The notes under the pieces are model-generated. The model saw nothing but the letters and a program-made list of their open reading frames with translations. It made no database searches and was not told where the DNA came from. From the NCBI GenBank assembly GCA_038127595.1, contig JAYPIC010000013.1:23987-38079 (forward strand): 14,093 nt of DNA, read 5' to 3'. This DNA is from a bacterium (GTDB lineage: Bacteria; Fidelibacterota; Marinisomatia; Marinisomatales; UBA1611). Position 1 is the first letter of the stretch. Each line of letters opens with the position of its first letter. Positions 1 to 7,618 of this stretch are shown piece by piece. The position numbers and the translations under genes were made by a program.

Positions 1-87
1 TACCAGAATAACCCTAATCAGCCCTATTGTATATTTGTTATCAAGCCTAAACTGGACAAATTGATTAAGAAAGGGGTCATAAAGTGA
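1..87 (+). CDS. msrA: 3' end of peptide-methionine (S)-S-oxide reductase MsrA (truncated by window edge)
   Basis: Frame 1 is open from base 1 to TGA at 85-87 and reads YQNNPNQPYCIFVIKPKLDKLIKKGVIK*. This matches the typical MsrA C-terminus 'NPxQPYCxxVIxPKxxK' carrying the resolving Cys. The stop overlaps the next start (GTGA). Not in the ORF track. Confidence 0.82.
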   Translation, partial: YQNNPNQPYCIFVIKPKLDKLIKKGVIK

Positions 88-836
88 AAAAACAATTTTT
101 ACTTTTCATTTTAATGTTTTTTATTTCAGCTTCTATTCAATTCTCAGCATGCGAAGAATCCGAAAATAAAAGTTCAAATTGCGATACAGATATAATGATC
201 AATCAGCCAGAGAACCAATATCGTGTAAATGCCCAGGTTTTCGGAGGTATTGAAGGATGTGGTATTGTAACAGTTGAAAAGGGTGGTGAAACAATAACAA
301 ATGCAGTTGTAAAACTCAATGGTACAGAGCTAGCCTTTGATGAGACTATGGGGTATGCATCATTTCTATCAAATACATCAGGAGATGAAATTGAATTAGA
401 GGTGACTCATGAAGGTTCAATAATCGGTTCAGGGAAAGTTTGTCTTCCTAGTTTTCCTGGTATATCTAATATTGACTCAGGCGATGTACATCAAAAAAAT
501 ACAGATCTAACTATTAATTGGTCTGCAGTCTCAAATGCAACGGCGATTGATGTTACAATTGACGAAGATATAACATATGAACAATATAGCTCTGGATTGC
601 TTTTACCAACGACTACCTCTCATACCGTACCGTCATCATTCTTTAACTTAGCTTCAGATTGGAGTGATACTGCTGAATGCATTATTAATGTTACAGCATA
701 TTATGGGGTTAGTTCTGAGGAAAATTATGAGGACTTAGATTCTACTGATTTAGGCTATAATATAAATGGCTCTGCTGGATTTTTTATTGGAATAAACGGA
801 GATGAAACTACCATATATGTTCCAATAAGTGATTAG
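84..836 (+). CDS. Hypothetical acidic lipoprotein, probably beta-sandwich rich
   Basis: 250 aa ORF with GTG start and AAGGGG SD-like site upstream. N-terminus MKK + hydrophobic stretch + FSA|C lipobox (Cys23). D/E/S/T-rich mature part with four further Cys. No recognisable family. Confidence 0.75.
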   Translation: MKKQFLLFILMFFISASIQFSACEESENKSSNCDTDIMINQPENQYRVNAQVFGGIEGCGIVTVEKGGETITNAVVKLNGTELAFDETMGYASFLSNTSGDEIELEVTHEGSIIGSGKVCLPSFPGISNIDSGDVHQKNTDLTINWSAVSNATAIDVTIDEDITYEQYSSGLLLPTTTSHTVPSSFFNLASDWSDTAECIINVTAYYGVSSEENYEDLDSTDLGYNINGSAGFFIGINGDETTIYVPISD

Positions 837-842
837 GTAAGA

Positions 843-1925
843 CTAATAATTTTTTTCAAAATTTTGCATAGCCTCTATTAATGCATCTACTCCATCTTCT
901 GGCATAGCATTATAAATTGAAGCTCTAAATCCACCTACAGATCGATGCCCTTTAAGAGTGGTTAGTCCTTTGTTTAGACAATAGTCTAAGAAAATCTTAT
1001 CATCTATTTTCTTATCTAAAAATACAAAAGGAACATTCATAGTTGAACGGTCCTCTTTATTTATAGGACTTTTAAACAGACTATTTCTCTCAATTTCTGT
1101 ATAAAGCTTTTCTGCTTTTCGCTCGTTAATGATTTCCATTTCCTTTAATCCACCTAATGATTGTATCCATTTTAAAGTTTCATTTACCACACAAACGGTA
1201 AAAACTGGCGGGGTATTAAACATTGAATCTTTAGATGAGTGGGTTTTATAACGCATCATCGTAGGCACATCTCTAAAGTTACTATCTAAAAGATCTTTAC
1301 GAATGATGACCAACGTTACTCCTGCTGGCCCCATGTTTTTTTGTGCTCCAGCATAAATTAATCCAAATTGAGATATATCTATTGGCTTTGATAGAATATC
1401 AGAACTCATATCAGCGACTAAATATGAGTTAGTGTATTTAATTTCTGGGAAGCTCTTATATTGAGTACCATATATTGTATTATTACTTGTTATATGTAAA
1501 TACGAAGCATCCTCTGAAGTAACCACATTTTTTGGAATGTAAGAATAAACTGAATCTTTACTGCTTCCAACGACATTAACATTACCAAATTTTTGGCATT
1601 CAATAACTGCCTTTGCCGACCAAGATCCAGTATCTATATAATCTGCTGTGCCACCGGTGGGAAGAAGATTCATTGGAACCATTGAAAATTGTAACGATGC
1701 TCCTCCTTGCAGCCAGAGAACGGAATAATTTTCCGGAATATCTAGTAAATTAATAAGATTTTGAGTCGCATCATCAAACAGCTCCACAATAGGTGCTGAC
1801 CTATGACTCATCTCTAGTATACTTATTCCTGATTTTTTATAGTCTTTTACAGCGCTTTTTGAAGCTTTTAAAGCAGGCTCTGGTAGGCAAGCAGGGCCTG
1901 CGCTAAAATTATATATTTTTTTCAA
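843..1925 (-). CDS. serC: Phosphoserine aminotransferase
   Basis: Motifs NFSAGP, EMSHRS, LQGGASLQF, ADMSS, YAGAQKNMGPAG (PLP lysine) and GHRSVGGFRASIYNA; 360 aa; TTG start. Confidence 0.97.
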   Translation of the reverse strand: MKKIYNFSAGPACLPEPALKASKSAVKDYKKSGISILEMSHRSAPIVELFDDATQNLINLLDIPENYSVLWLQGGASLQFSMVPMNLLPTGGTADYIDTGSWSAKAVIECQKFGNVNVVGSSKDSVYSYIPKNVVTSEDASYLHITSNNTIYGTQYKSFPEIKYTNSYLVADMSSDILSKPIDISQFGLIYAGAQKNMGPAGVTLVIIRKDLLDSNFRDVPTMMRYKTHSSKDSMFNTPPVFTVCVVNETLKWIQSLGGLKEMEIINERKAEKLYTEIERNSLFKSPINKEDRSTMNVPFVFLDKKIDDKIFLDYCLNKGLTTLKGHRSVGGFRASIYNAMPEDGVDALIEAMQNFEKNY

Positions 1926-1983
1926 AATTGTAAAATATTTCTAATAAAATGAAACGAAATTTGTTAAAAAGGAAGCTGAGTAT

Positions 1984-2063
1984 CAATAGCTACTGCGCTC
2001 TTTTTATAATATCAAGTTGTCGACTTTTCTATTATTTATCTGATCAGAGCGCAATAGCCATTA
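1984..2063 (-). other. Long RNA stem-loop of unknown function (3' UTR element, processing site or small RNA)
   Basis: On the minus strand UAAUGGCUAUUGCGCUCU (2063-2046) pairs with AGAGCGCAGUAGCUAUUG (2001-1984): 18 bp, 15 Watson-Crick plus 3 G-U. Inner helices are AUAAUA/UAUUAU and AAGU/ACUU. Confidence 0.65.
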
Positions 2064-2070
2064 GAATGAA

Positions 2071-3096
2071 TTAATTTGGCCGAGTGACTTTATATGGTAT
2101 GGATAAGGTGTAGCAATTATATCCACCATCCTCAGTAAAGATAGTTGCTAGATCAATTATACTAAAAAATGAACGAAAAATTCGGGACTCTTGTCCTAAT
2201 CCTGGGCCGTGAACCCTCCATAATCCAGCATGTATGTTATCATTTACGATTTCATCTACGCCAATTCCTTTATCATTTAATTTCCTTCTTCCTCTTTGAT
2301 ATTGAGATCGTCCATAGCGATTCATTACCCATTCTCCAACACCTACAGAGTCTAAAGCATACTCAGGGCCATTGTTTTCTACAGCAATTTTCAACATTAT
2401 ATGTTGAAAAGCATCAAACGTAGGCAGGTTGTCCCTATCTAAAAATAAATCACCAATTTCGGATGAATTTAACGCAAAAAGCAGGTCCCCCTCTTCAACG
2501 GTAATACCATTAATACTATCAGTCGATGCATTTACTGAAAATATATTTAACGATGAAAGAGACACTTTATCGCCAGAGACACTTACTAGAGGAGTCATAG
2601 CAGAAATTCTCCAAAAATACCCATCAGGATTATTTTGATTAACGGTCCTAACAAACTTTACCTTTCTTGTCATCAATGAACTGAAATCTTTTGAGAAGCC
2701 CATTGAATCAATAACATCCATTGAAGAAGTATCTCTTACTTGAACAACAAAAGTGCCATTTAAATTATAATTAATAATACCTAATGCTGTATCTCCTTCA
2801 ATGGAAAAATCAACCGTACGATTACGGTTTAATATACGCCTTCCATAACGCACCCTATACCCTTCTCCATAATTTAGGGTGTCGCCTAAAGTTCTAGATA
2901 GACCAAAAAGCTCTAAACCGGTGTCGTATTCAAGATCAACCAACCCTCCATCATCAAAACCATCTAAACCAGTAGCTGAGTCTTCATCTAATAACCTTAA
3001 AAGCTCAATTTCATCATTTTCATTATTATTTTTTATATCAGAACAGCCGATAAAAAAAATAACACAAAAACTTAATCCTTTTATTAAAAAATTCAT
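2071..3096 (-). CDS. Hypothetical lipoprotein, last gene of the ECF operon
   Basis: 341 aa; AGGGAG SD at 3109-3104; signal peptide ending FIG|C (Cys18); 14 nt from the upstream gene's stop. Confidence 0.8.
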   Translation of the reverse strand: MNFLIKGLSFCVIFFIGCSDIKNNNENDEIELLRLLDEDSATGLDGFDDGGLVDLEYDTGLELFGLSRTLGDTLNYGEGYRVRYGRRILNRNRTVDFSIEGDTALGIINYNLNGTFVVQVRDTSSMDVIDSMGFSKDFSSLMTRKVKFVRTVNQNNPDGYFWRISAMTPLVSVSGDKVSLSSLNIFSVNASTDSINGITVEEGDLLFALNSSEIGDLFLDRDNLPTFDAFQHIMLKIAVENNGPEYALDSVGVGEWVMNRYGRSQYQRGRRKLNDKGIGVDEIVNDNIHAGLWRVHGPGLGQESRIFRSFFSIIDLATIFTEDGGYNCYTLSIPYKVTRPN

Positions 3097-3110
3097 TTTT
3101 TACTCCCTAT

Positions 3111-3647
3111 TTAATTCCAAAATTGTCGTTTATTTCTTTTTCTTTCATTACGAAATTTTCTTTTACTTTTATCTGAGCGTTTATTTTTCATTTTACCCTT
3201 AAGGTCTTTCATCATTTTATGTTTAAATACCCCAAGCTTTGCTTGCTGTAATGGGTTAAGTATGTCGCCTGAATTAATTAAGAATTTTTCTTCTAAATCA
3301 GACATTTTCCTTTTCAATGATGATGTTTCTTTTATGATCCTACTTACCTCACTTGATGTTAGTTTTTCATTCTTCATATTTAGCTTTAGCGAGCCAGCTA
3401 ATGATCTTTGTTTTCTTCGAAGGTTCTCCATCTCCGCTCGATGCTGCCTAAATCTTGGAAAAAACTTTTCAGCTTGAGCTACTTCAAGCTCTAATTCCTC
3501 AGTTAACTTCCATATCATCATTGATTCTATTGATTTTCTATTTTCTTGTTCATACAAAGAATCAGATAAAATTTCCCTAGAACTGCCATCTTGTGAATAG
3601 ACTACCGCAATCAAGAAGAATATCAATATAAAATGTAAAAGTTTCAT
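3111..3647 (-). CDS. Secreted Spy/CpxP-like helical protein (ECF-associated periplasmic partner)
   Basis: Sec-type signal peptide (MKLLHFILIFFLIAVVYS-Q); helical heptad pattern; two LTxxQ-like motifs (KLTEELELEVAQAEKFFP and ILNPLQQAKL); very basic tail; ATGA overlap with the anti-sigma stop. Confidence 0.7.
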   Translation of the reverse strand: MKLLHFILIFFLIAVVYSQDGSSREILSDSLYEQENRKSIESMMIWKLTEELELEVAQAEKFFPRFRQHRAEMENLRRKQRSLAGSLKLNMKNEKLTSSEVSRIIKETSSLKRKMSDLEEKFLINSGDILNPLQQAKLGVFKHKMMKDLKGKMKNKRSDKSKRKFRNERKRNKRQFWN

Positions 3648-4048
3648 AAAGTCTCTCCATTTTTATCAAAAACATCTAAATAATCATCCATGTAAAATAA
3701 TATTTCTAAATCATAATCATTTGACTCTTCCATATAAAATAGGGTTAAATCATTATCATTGATACTGCTTTCATTTAACTGATCAGCCAAAATCTCAAAA
3801 TAAACTTCACTTTCATCATATGCAAATGGGACATAGCTATTATAATTATCAAAATTTTCTAATTGATTAAATGTAATAATTGAAATCAGAAATATGAACG
3901 CAAATGCAGAAAAGCCGGATCTAATTCTTTTTTTTCTATTTGACTCATATACTTGTTTGGCTCTCAGATTTGAAATAAAACTAGAGGCATTAATTCCTTC
4001 AGCTCTAATTTTTACTGAGGCTAAGATTTTATCTTCAAAACTAGTCAT
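3644..4048 (-). CDS. Putative single-pass membrane anti-sigma factor
   Basis: Overlaps the ECF sigma stop by 8 nt. About 45 aa cytoplasmic N-terminus ending in basic RKKRIR, one hydrophobic segment (FSAFAFIFLISIITF), then an acidic C-terminal domain. Function inferred from position and topology. Confidence 0.65.
   Translation of the reverse strand: MTSFEDKILASVKIRAEGINASSFISNLRAKQVYESNRKKRIRSGFSAFAFIFLISIITFNQLENFDNYNSYVPFAYDESEVYFEILADQLNESSINDNDLTLFYMEESNDYDLEILFYMDDYLDVFDKNGETL
3687..3760. repeat. Degenerate tandem duplication inside the anti-sigma gene
   Basis: TCCATGTAAAATAATATTTCTAAATCATAATCATT (3687-3721) versus TCCATATAAAATAGGGTTAAATCATTATCATT (3729-3760); encodes NDNDL-TLFYMEE and NDYDLEILFYMDD. 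Confidence 0.65.
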
Positions 4049-4565
4049 TATTTAGTTTTTCTTTTAATCGTTTAAGTCCATGATGAAAATTAACTTTTGC
4101 TGTGCCCTCAGACATACCAGTTATTTCTGAGATATCGCGGTAAGAAAGTCCATCAGTTACCCTTAATATTACTACTTTTCGTTGTTTTTTTGGTAGTTTA
4201 GCTATTTCTTCCCACAATTCTTGTCTAGTCCATTCAAAGTCATTTTTTTGATCATATTTTCCTTCTTCTGCTATTTGCTCTAAGTGCAGCATACCTTTCC
4301 ATTTATTTCTAGTTATCCATGAATTTGCTGTATTAGAATTAATTCTATATAAATAAGTCGAAAAATTTGATTCGTATCGAAAATTTTTCAAATTTTTATA
4401 TAATTTTAAAAACACATCTTGAGTTAAATCTTCTGCTGCCATTTCATCTCTAGTTATTTTCATAAAAAATCCAAAAACATTATTTAGGTTATTTTGTACG
4501 ATTTGATCAAAAGCTTTTTCATCTCCAGCTGTGAATTTCCGAATTAGTTCTTTGTCATCAATCAT
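4041..4565 (-). CDS. RNA polymerase sigma-70 family ECF sigma factor
   Basis: 174 aa. Region 2: GDEKAFDQIV, AEDLTQDVFLK, FSTYLYRI..N. Region 4: LPKKQRKVVILR..DGLSYRDISEITGMSEGTAK. No region 1 or 3. Confidence 0.95.
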   Translation of the reverse strand: MIDDKELIRKFTAGDEKAFDQIVQNNLNNVFGFFMKITRDEMAAEDLTQDVFLKLYKNLKNFRYESNFSTYLYRINSNTANSWITRNKWKGMLHLEQIAEEGKYDQKNDFEWTRQELWEEIAKLPKKQRKVVILRVTDGLSYRDISEITGMSEGTAKVNFHHGLKRLKEKLNND

Positions 4566-4577
4566 ATCATTTGTTAA

Positions 4578-4604
4578 TTAGACTAATAAATTTAGAAAAG
4601 GTTA
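4578..4604 (-). promoter_or_regulatory. Putative autoregulatory ECF promoter
   Basis: Minus strand TAACC (4604-4600), 16 nt spacer, GTCTAA (4583-4578), ending 12 nt before the sigma ATG. Fits the general ECF pattern of AAC at -35 and (C)GTC at -10. Confidence 0.6.
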
Positions 4605-4628
4605 AAAAATAATTTCATATTTTTCGAT

Positions 4629-7610
4629 ATGGATCTAGATGAAATTTTACGAATTGCAAACCCAAAACAACTTGCAGCAATTAAACATCCCCTTGCACCT
4701 TTAATGATAATTGCTGGTGCAGGAACAGGAAAAACATTCACTTTAGAAAATAGAATCATTTACATGATTCAACAATATGGTGTAAAACCAGATTCTTTAC
4801 TCACCATTACCTACACGGAAAAAGCAGCTAAAGAACTGAAGTCGAGACTACATGAAAAGATTGGTCAAAAGGTTCATCCTATGTTTGTCGGGACATTTCA
4901 TTCATTTTGCTACAAATTAATGAAAGATTATCAAATCAATAACGCTGATTCTTCCTCACTGATAGACCAAAGTGAAGCTGTTCATATGATACTTGAAAAT
5001 TATGATGATTTTATGCCATTTATGTCTGAGGAATATTCAATAAACCCAAAAATATCTGTAGTAGAGAGTTTCATTCCTTTCTTTAACCGTTTAAGAGATG
5101 AACTAGTTGATATAGATAAAGTAGATCAATCTATCCTTAAAGATTTTTATAAAGATGATGCTGAATCACTTGATCAACTAAATGACCTATTAAGAATATT
5201 TCCAATCTATCAAAATCTTAAAAAAGAAAATAACCTAATAGATTATAATGATATGATCTTAGACACTTTTCATGCGCTTAAAAATGATACAAGATTACTT
5301 GAAAAAGTCCAAAGTAAATACGAGCACCTTATCATTGATGAATTTCAAGATAATAATTATGCCCTTAATGAAATTTCTAGATTAATTAGTAAAAAAAATA
5401 GGTCTATTACTGTTGTAGGAGATGATGATCAGGTAATCTATAGTTTCAGAGGAGCAAATGCTTTTAATATATCAACATTTGAAAAAACATATGAATCTCA
5501 CCCTAATTATGAAATGATAACATTAGAAACAAACTACAGGTCATCACAACCTATTTTAGATCTTGCGAACCACTCAATAAAGCACAATAAAGAAAGAAAA
5601 GTAAAGTCATTAGTATCTGCAGGAAAAAACATTGAAATAAAGCCAATTATTTTCAAGGGAGAAAAAACCGAGCAAATTGAATTTATCGCAAATGAGATAA
5701 TCAAATTAAATAAGCAGTTCTCATATGCTGATATGGCTATTCTTTGTCGCACGCATGAACAATCGCAACAAATAATCGAGTATTTAAATTTAATTGGAAT
5801 TCCCAATCGCTCTCCAAAAAGAAACCTTTTTAATATATCCTCAGTCAAAGATTTGATTTCCTGGGTGCAATTATTGGCAAAGGGACAATACTATGATATT
5901 GCACTATTCCGAATTTTAAAAAATGAATGGGGATATAAAAAAGCTCATGATTTTTTTTCAATTGAAAATGGTTTAAATAAAGATGACTTAATCAAAAAAA
6001 TCACAGAATATGGTCTTAAAAATAATATTGCATCAACGGAACGAATAACAAAAATAATAGACCATTTTGAAAACATTATGCACAAAAGATCTGCTGCTGA
6101 AGTTGTGTGGGAATTATGTGAAAAATTAGAGCTTCTTAAAAATAAGGCACGTAGGTACCTTGTTCAAGACCAAATTGATATATTAAATATTAGCTCCATC
6201 ATATCAAATGCTCAAAAATTCTCAAGTACTATCGTAGATAAAAAGAAAGATAATATTTTCAGGTTTAATAAATTCATCGAAAATGTGATGACTTCAGGTG
6301 GACTTCCTCCATTAGAGCCTGAAAAAGACCAGGACTATACTGCTGTCACAATAAATACTGTTCATGGAGTGAAAGGTGGTGAATTTGATATTGTATTTTT
6401 ACCATTTCAACGCTCTGCCAGCTTCCCTCTTAACTTTAAATCTGAAAAGAGGATAAAAAACCCTCCGGATATATTATTAAATTACAATAACTATACAGAG
6501 TTAACTGCAAAGGAACATCATTATCAAGAAGAAAGAAGACTATTTTATGTTGCTATTACTAGAGCTAAAAAATACATGTACATTCTTGCGCCAAATAAAG
6601 CGACCTCAAAATTTGTTAAAGAATTGCCAGAAGAGCTTATGACAAATATATCCGATAAAACAAAGTTAAAGGTTCATTCATCTCGTTCTGTATTGAAAGT
6701 AAAGTACTCAAATATGTTGCAAGATGCTTTATCAAAAAGTCAATATGATATTGTAAAAGAAATAGCAGAAATTCTAACTATAATTGATAAACATGAAAAT
6801 GGTGAGTCATACTCTTTGGCTAACTCTGAATTGCAGCAGCAATTAAAAAGAGATTTAAAACCTAAATTCATCCCTGAACCTCCAAAGCAAATCAGTTTAT
6901 CAGCGAGTGCTATTGAAACCTATTTATCTTGTCCTTTAAAGTATAGACTATCTAAAATTGATAGGATTCCACAAACGGCAAGTAAACCAGAATTAGTATT
7001 TGGAAATATTATACACAAGGTTTTACAGAGATTTCATAATGAATGTAAAAAGCTAGATAAAAATTCTATTTTAGAGCTACTGGAGCAAGAGTGGCAAAGT
7101 GGAGCATTTGAATACAAAGTGCGAGAAGAAAAATTTAAAGACCAAGGTTTAGAGATGCTATCTAAATATGTAGAAAACATAAAAACAAACACTCCAAATG
7201 TTTTAGCCACAGAGTTGAGTTTCACTTTCCAATTAAATGAAACAACTATTGTTGGAACAATTGATAGATTAGATAATGAATCTGGTATTGTAATAACTGA
7301 CTATAAAACAAGTAAAACATCAACCAAAGCTAAAAATAGTTTACAACTAGCTATATACTCCTTATACCTTGAACAGTCTGAAGATTTAGAACTAAAAGGC
7401 ATTCCAAAAAAATCACAACTTTATTTTTTGAGAGATCATGAAGATCCTTTAAAAGAACATTCTTTTTCAAGTGATGAATTACGCGATACAGAAGAAAAAA
7501 TACTACACGTTTCTAATGGCATAAGAAAAAAAGATTTTAAACCTATAAAGGGTAACCATTGTAATTGGTGTGATTACAAACACCTTGCCTGCCCCGTTTA
7601 TGAGGAGTGA
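4629..7610 (+). CDS. UvrD/PcrA-family SF1A helicase fused to a C-terminal PD-(D/E)XK nuclease with 4Fe-4S cysteines (AdnB/AddAB-like)
   Basis: Helicase motifs AGAGTGKT, TYTEKAA, GTFHSF, DEFQD, VGDDDQVIYSFRGA, LETNYRS, TVHGVKGGEF, EERRLFYVAITRAK. Nuclease motifs LSAS..CP, GNIIH, GTIDRLD, DYKT, QLAIY. Cys768 plus C978/C981/C988. Confidence 0.93.
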   Translation: MDLDEILRIANPKQLAAIKHPLAPLMIIAGAGTGKTFTLENRIIYMIQQYGVKPDSLLTITYTEKAAKELKSRLHEKIGQKVHPMFVGTFHSFCYKLMKDYQINNADSSSLIDQSEAVHMILENYDDFMPFMSEEYSINPKISVVESFIPFFNRLRDELVDIDKVDQSILKDFYKDDAESLDQLNDLLRIFPIYQNLKKENNLIDYNDMILDTFHALKNDTRLLEKVQSKYEHLIIDEFQDNNYALNEISRLISKKNRSITVVGDDDQVIYSFRGANAFNISTFEKTYESHPNYEMITLETNYRSSQPILDLANHSIKHNKERKVKSLVSAGKNIEIKPIIFKGEKTEQIEFIANEIIKLNKQFSYADMAILCRTHEQSQQIIEYLNLIGIPNRSPKRNLFNISSVKDLISWVQLLAKGQYYDIALFRILKNEWGYKKAHDFFSIENGLNKDDLIKKITEYGLKNNIASTERITKIIDHFENIMHKRSAAEVVWELCEKLELLKNKARRYLVQDQIDILNISSIISNAQKFSSTIVDKKKDNIFRFNKFIENVMTSGGLPPLEPEKDQDYTAVTINTVHGVKGGEFDIVFLPFQRSASFPLNFKSEKRIKNPPDILLNYNNYTELTAKEHHYQEERRLFYVAITRAKKYMYILAPNKATSKFVKELPEELMTNISDKTKLKVHSSRSVLKVKYSNMLQDALSKSQYDIVKEIAEILTIIDKHENGESYSLANSELQQQLKRDLKPKFIPEPPKQISLSASAIETYLSCPLKYRLSKIDRIPQTASKPELVFGNIIHKVLQRFHNECKKLDKNSILELLEQEWQSGAFEYKVREEKFKDQGLEMLSKYVENIKTNTPNVLATELSFTFQLNETTIVGTIDRLDNESGIVITDYKTSKTSTKAKNSLQLAIYSLYLEQSEDLELKGIPKKSQLYFLRDHEDPLKEHSFSSDELRDTEEKILHVSNGIRKKDFKPIKGNHCNWCDYKHLACPVYEE

Positions 7611-7618
7611 CAGATCAA

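Noticed and set aside
30..37. TATATTTG as a Bacteroidota-type -7 promoter for the first lipoprotein
   Set aside because: It lies within the msrA coding sequence (Cys-Ile-Phe-Val codons), and the genes are coupled by a GTGA overlap.
1971..2050. TPP riboswitch suggested by GCTGAG and CTGATC on the plus strand
   Set aside because: It is on the wrong strand for serC, the spacing is too long, and the CUGAGA, P4/P5 and GCG-AGG elements are missing.
2169..3477. Four short plus-strand ORFs (2169-2423, 2429-2638, 2879-3202, 3262-3477)
   Set aside because: They are antisense to well-supported genes of the ECF operon, have S/F/L-rich shadow composition and show no motifs.
5534..7225. Minus-strand ORFs 5534-5848 and 7034-7225
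   Set aside because: They are antisense shadows fully inside the helicase-nuclease gene.
6895..7610. Cas4/CRISPR interpretation of the Fe-S nuclease domain
   Set aside because: The domain is fused to a complete UvrD-type motor, and there are no cas genes or repeat-spacer arrays in the window.
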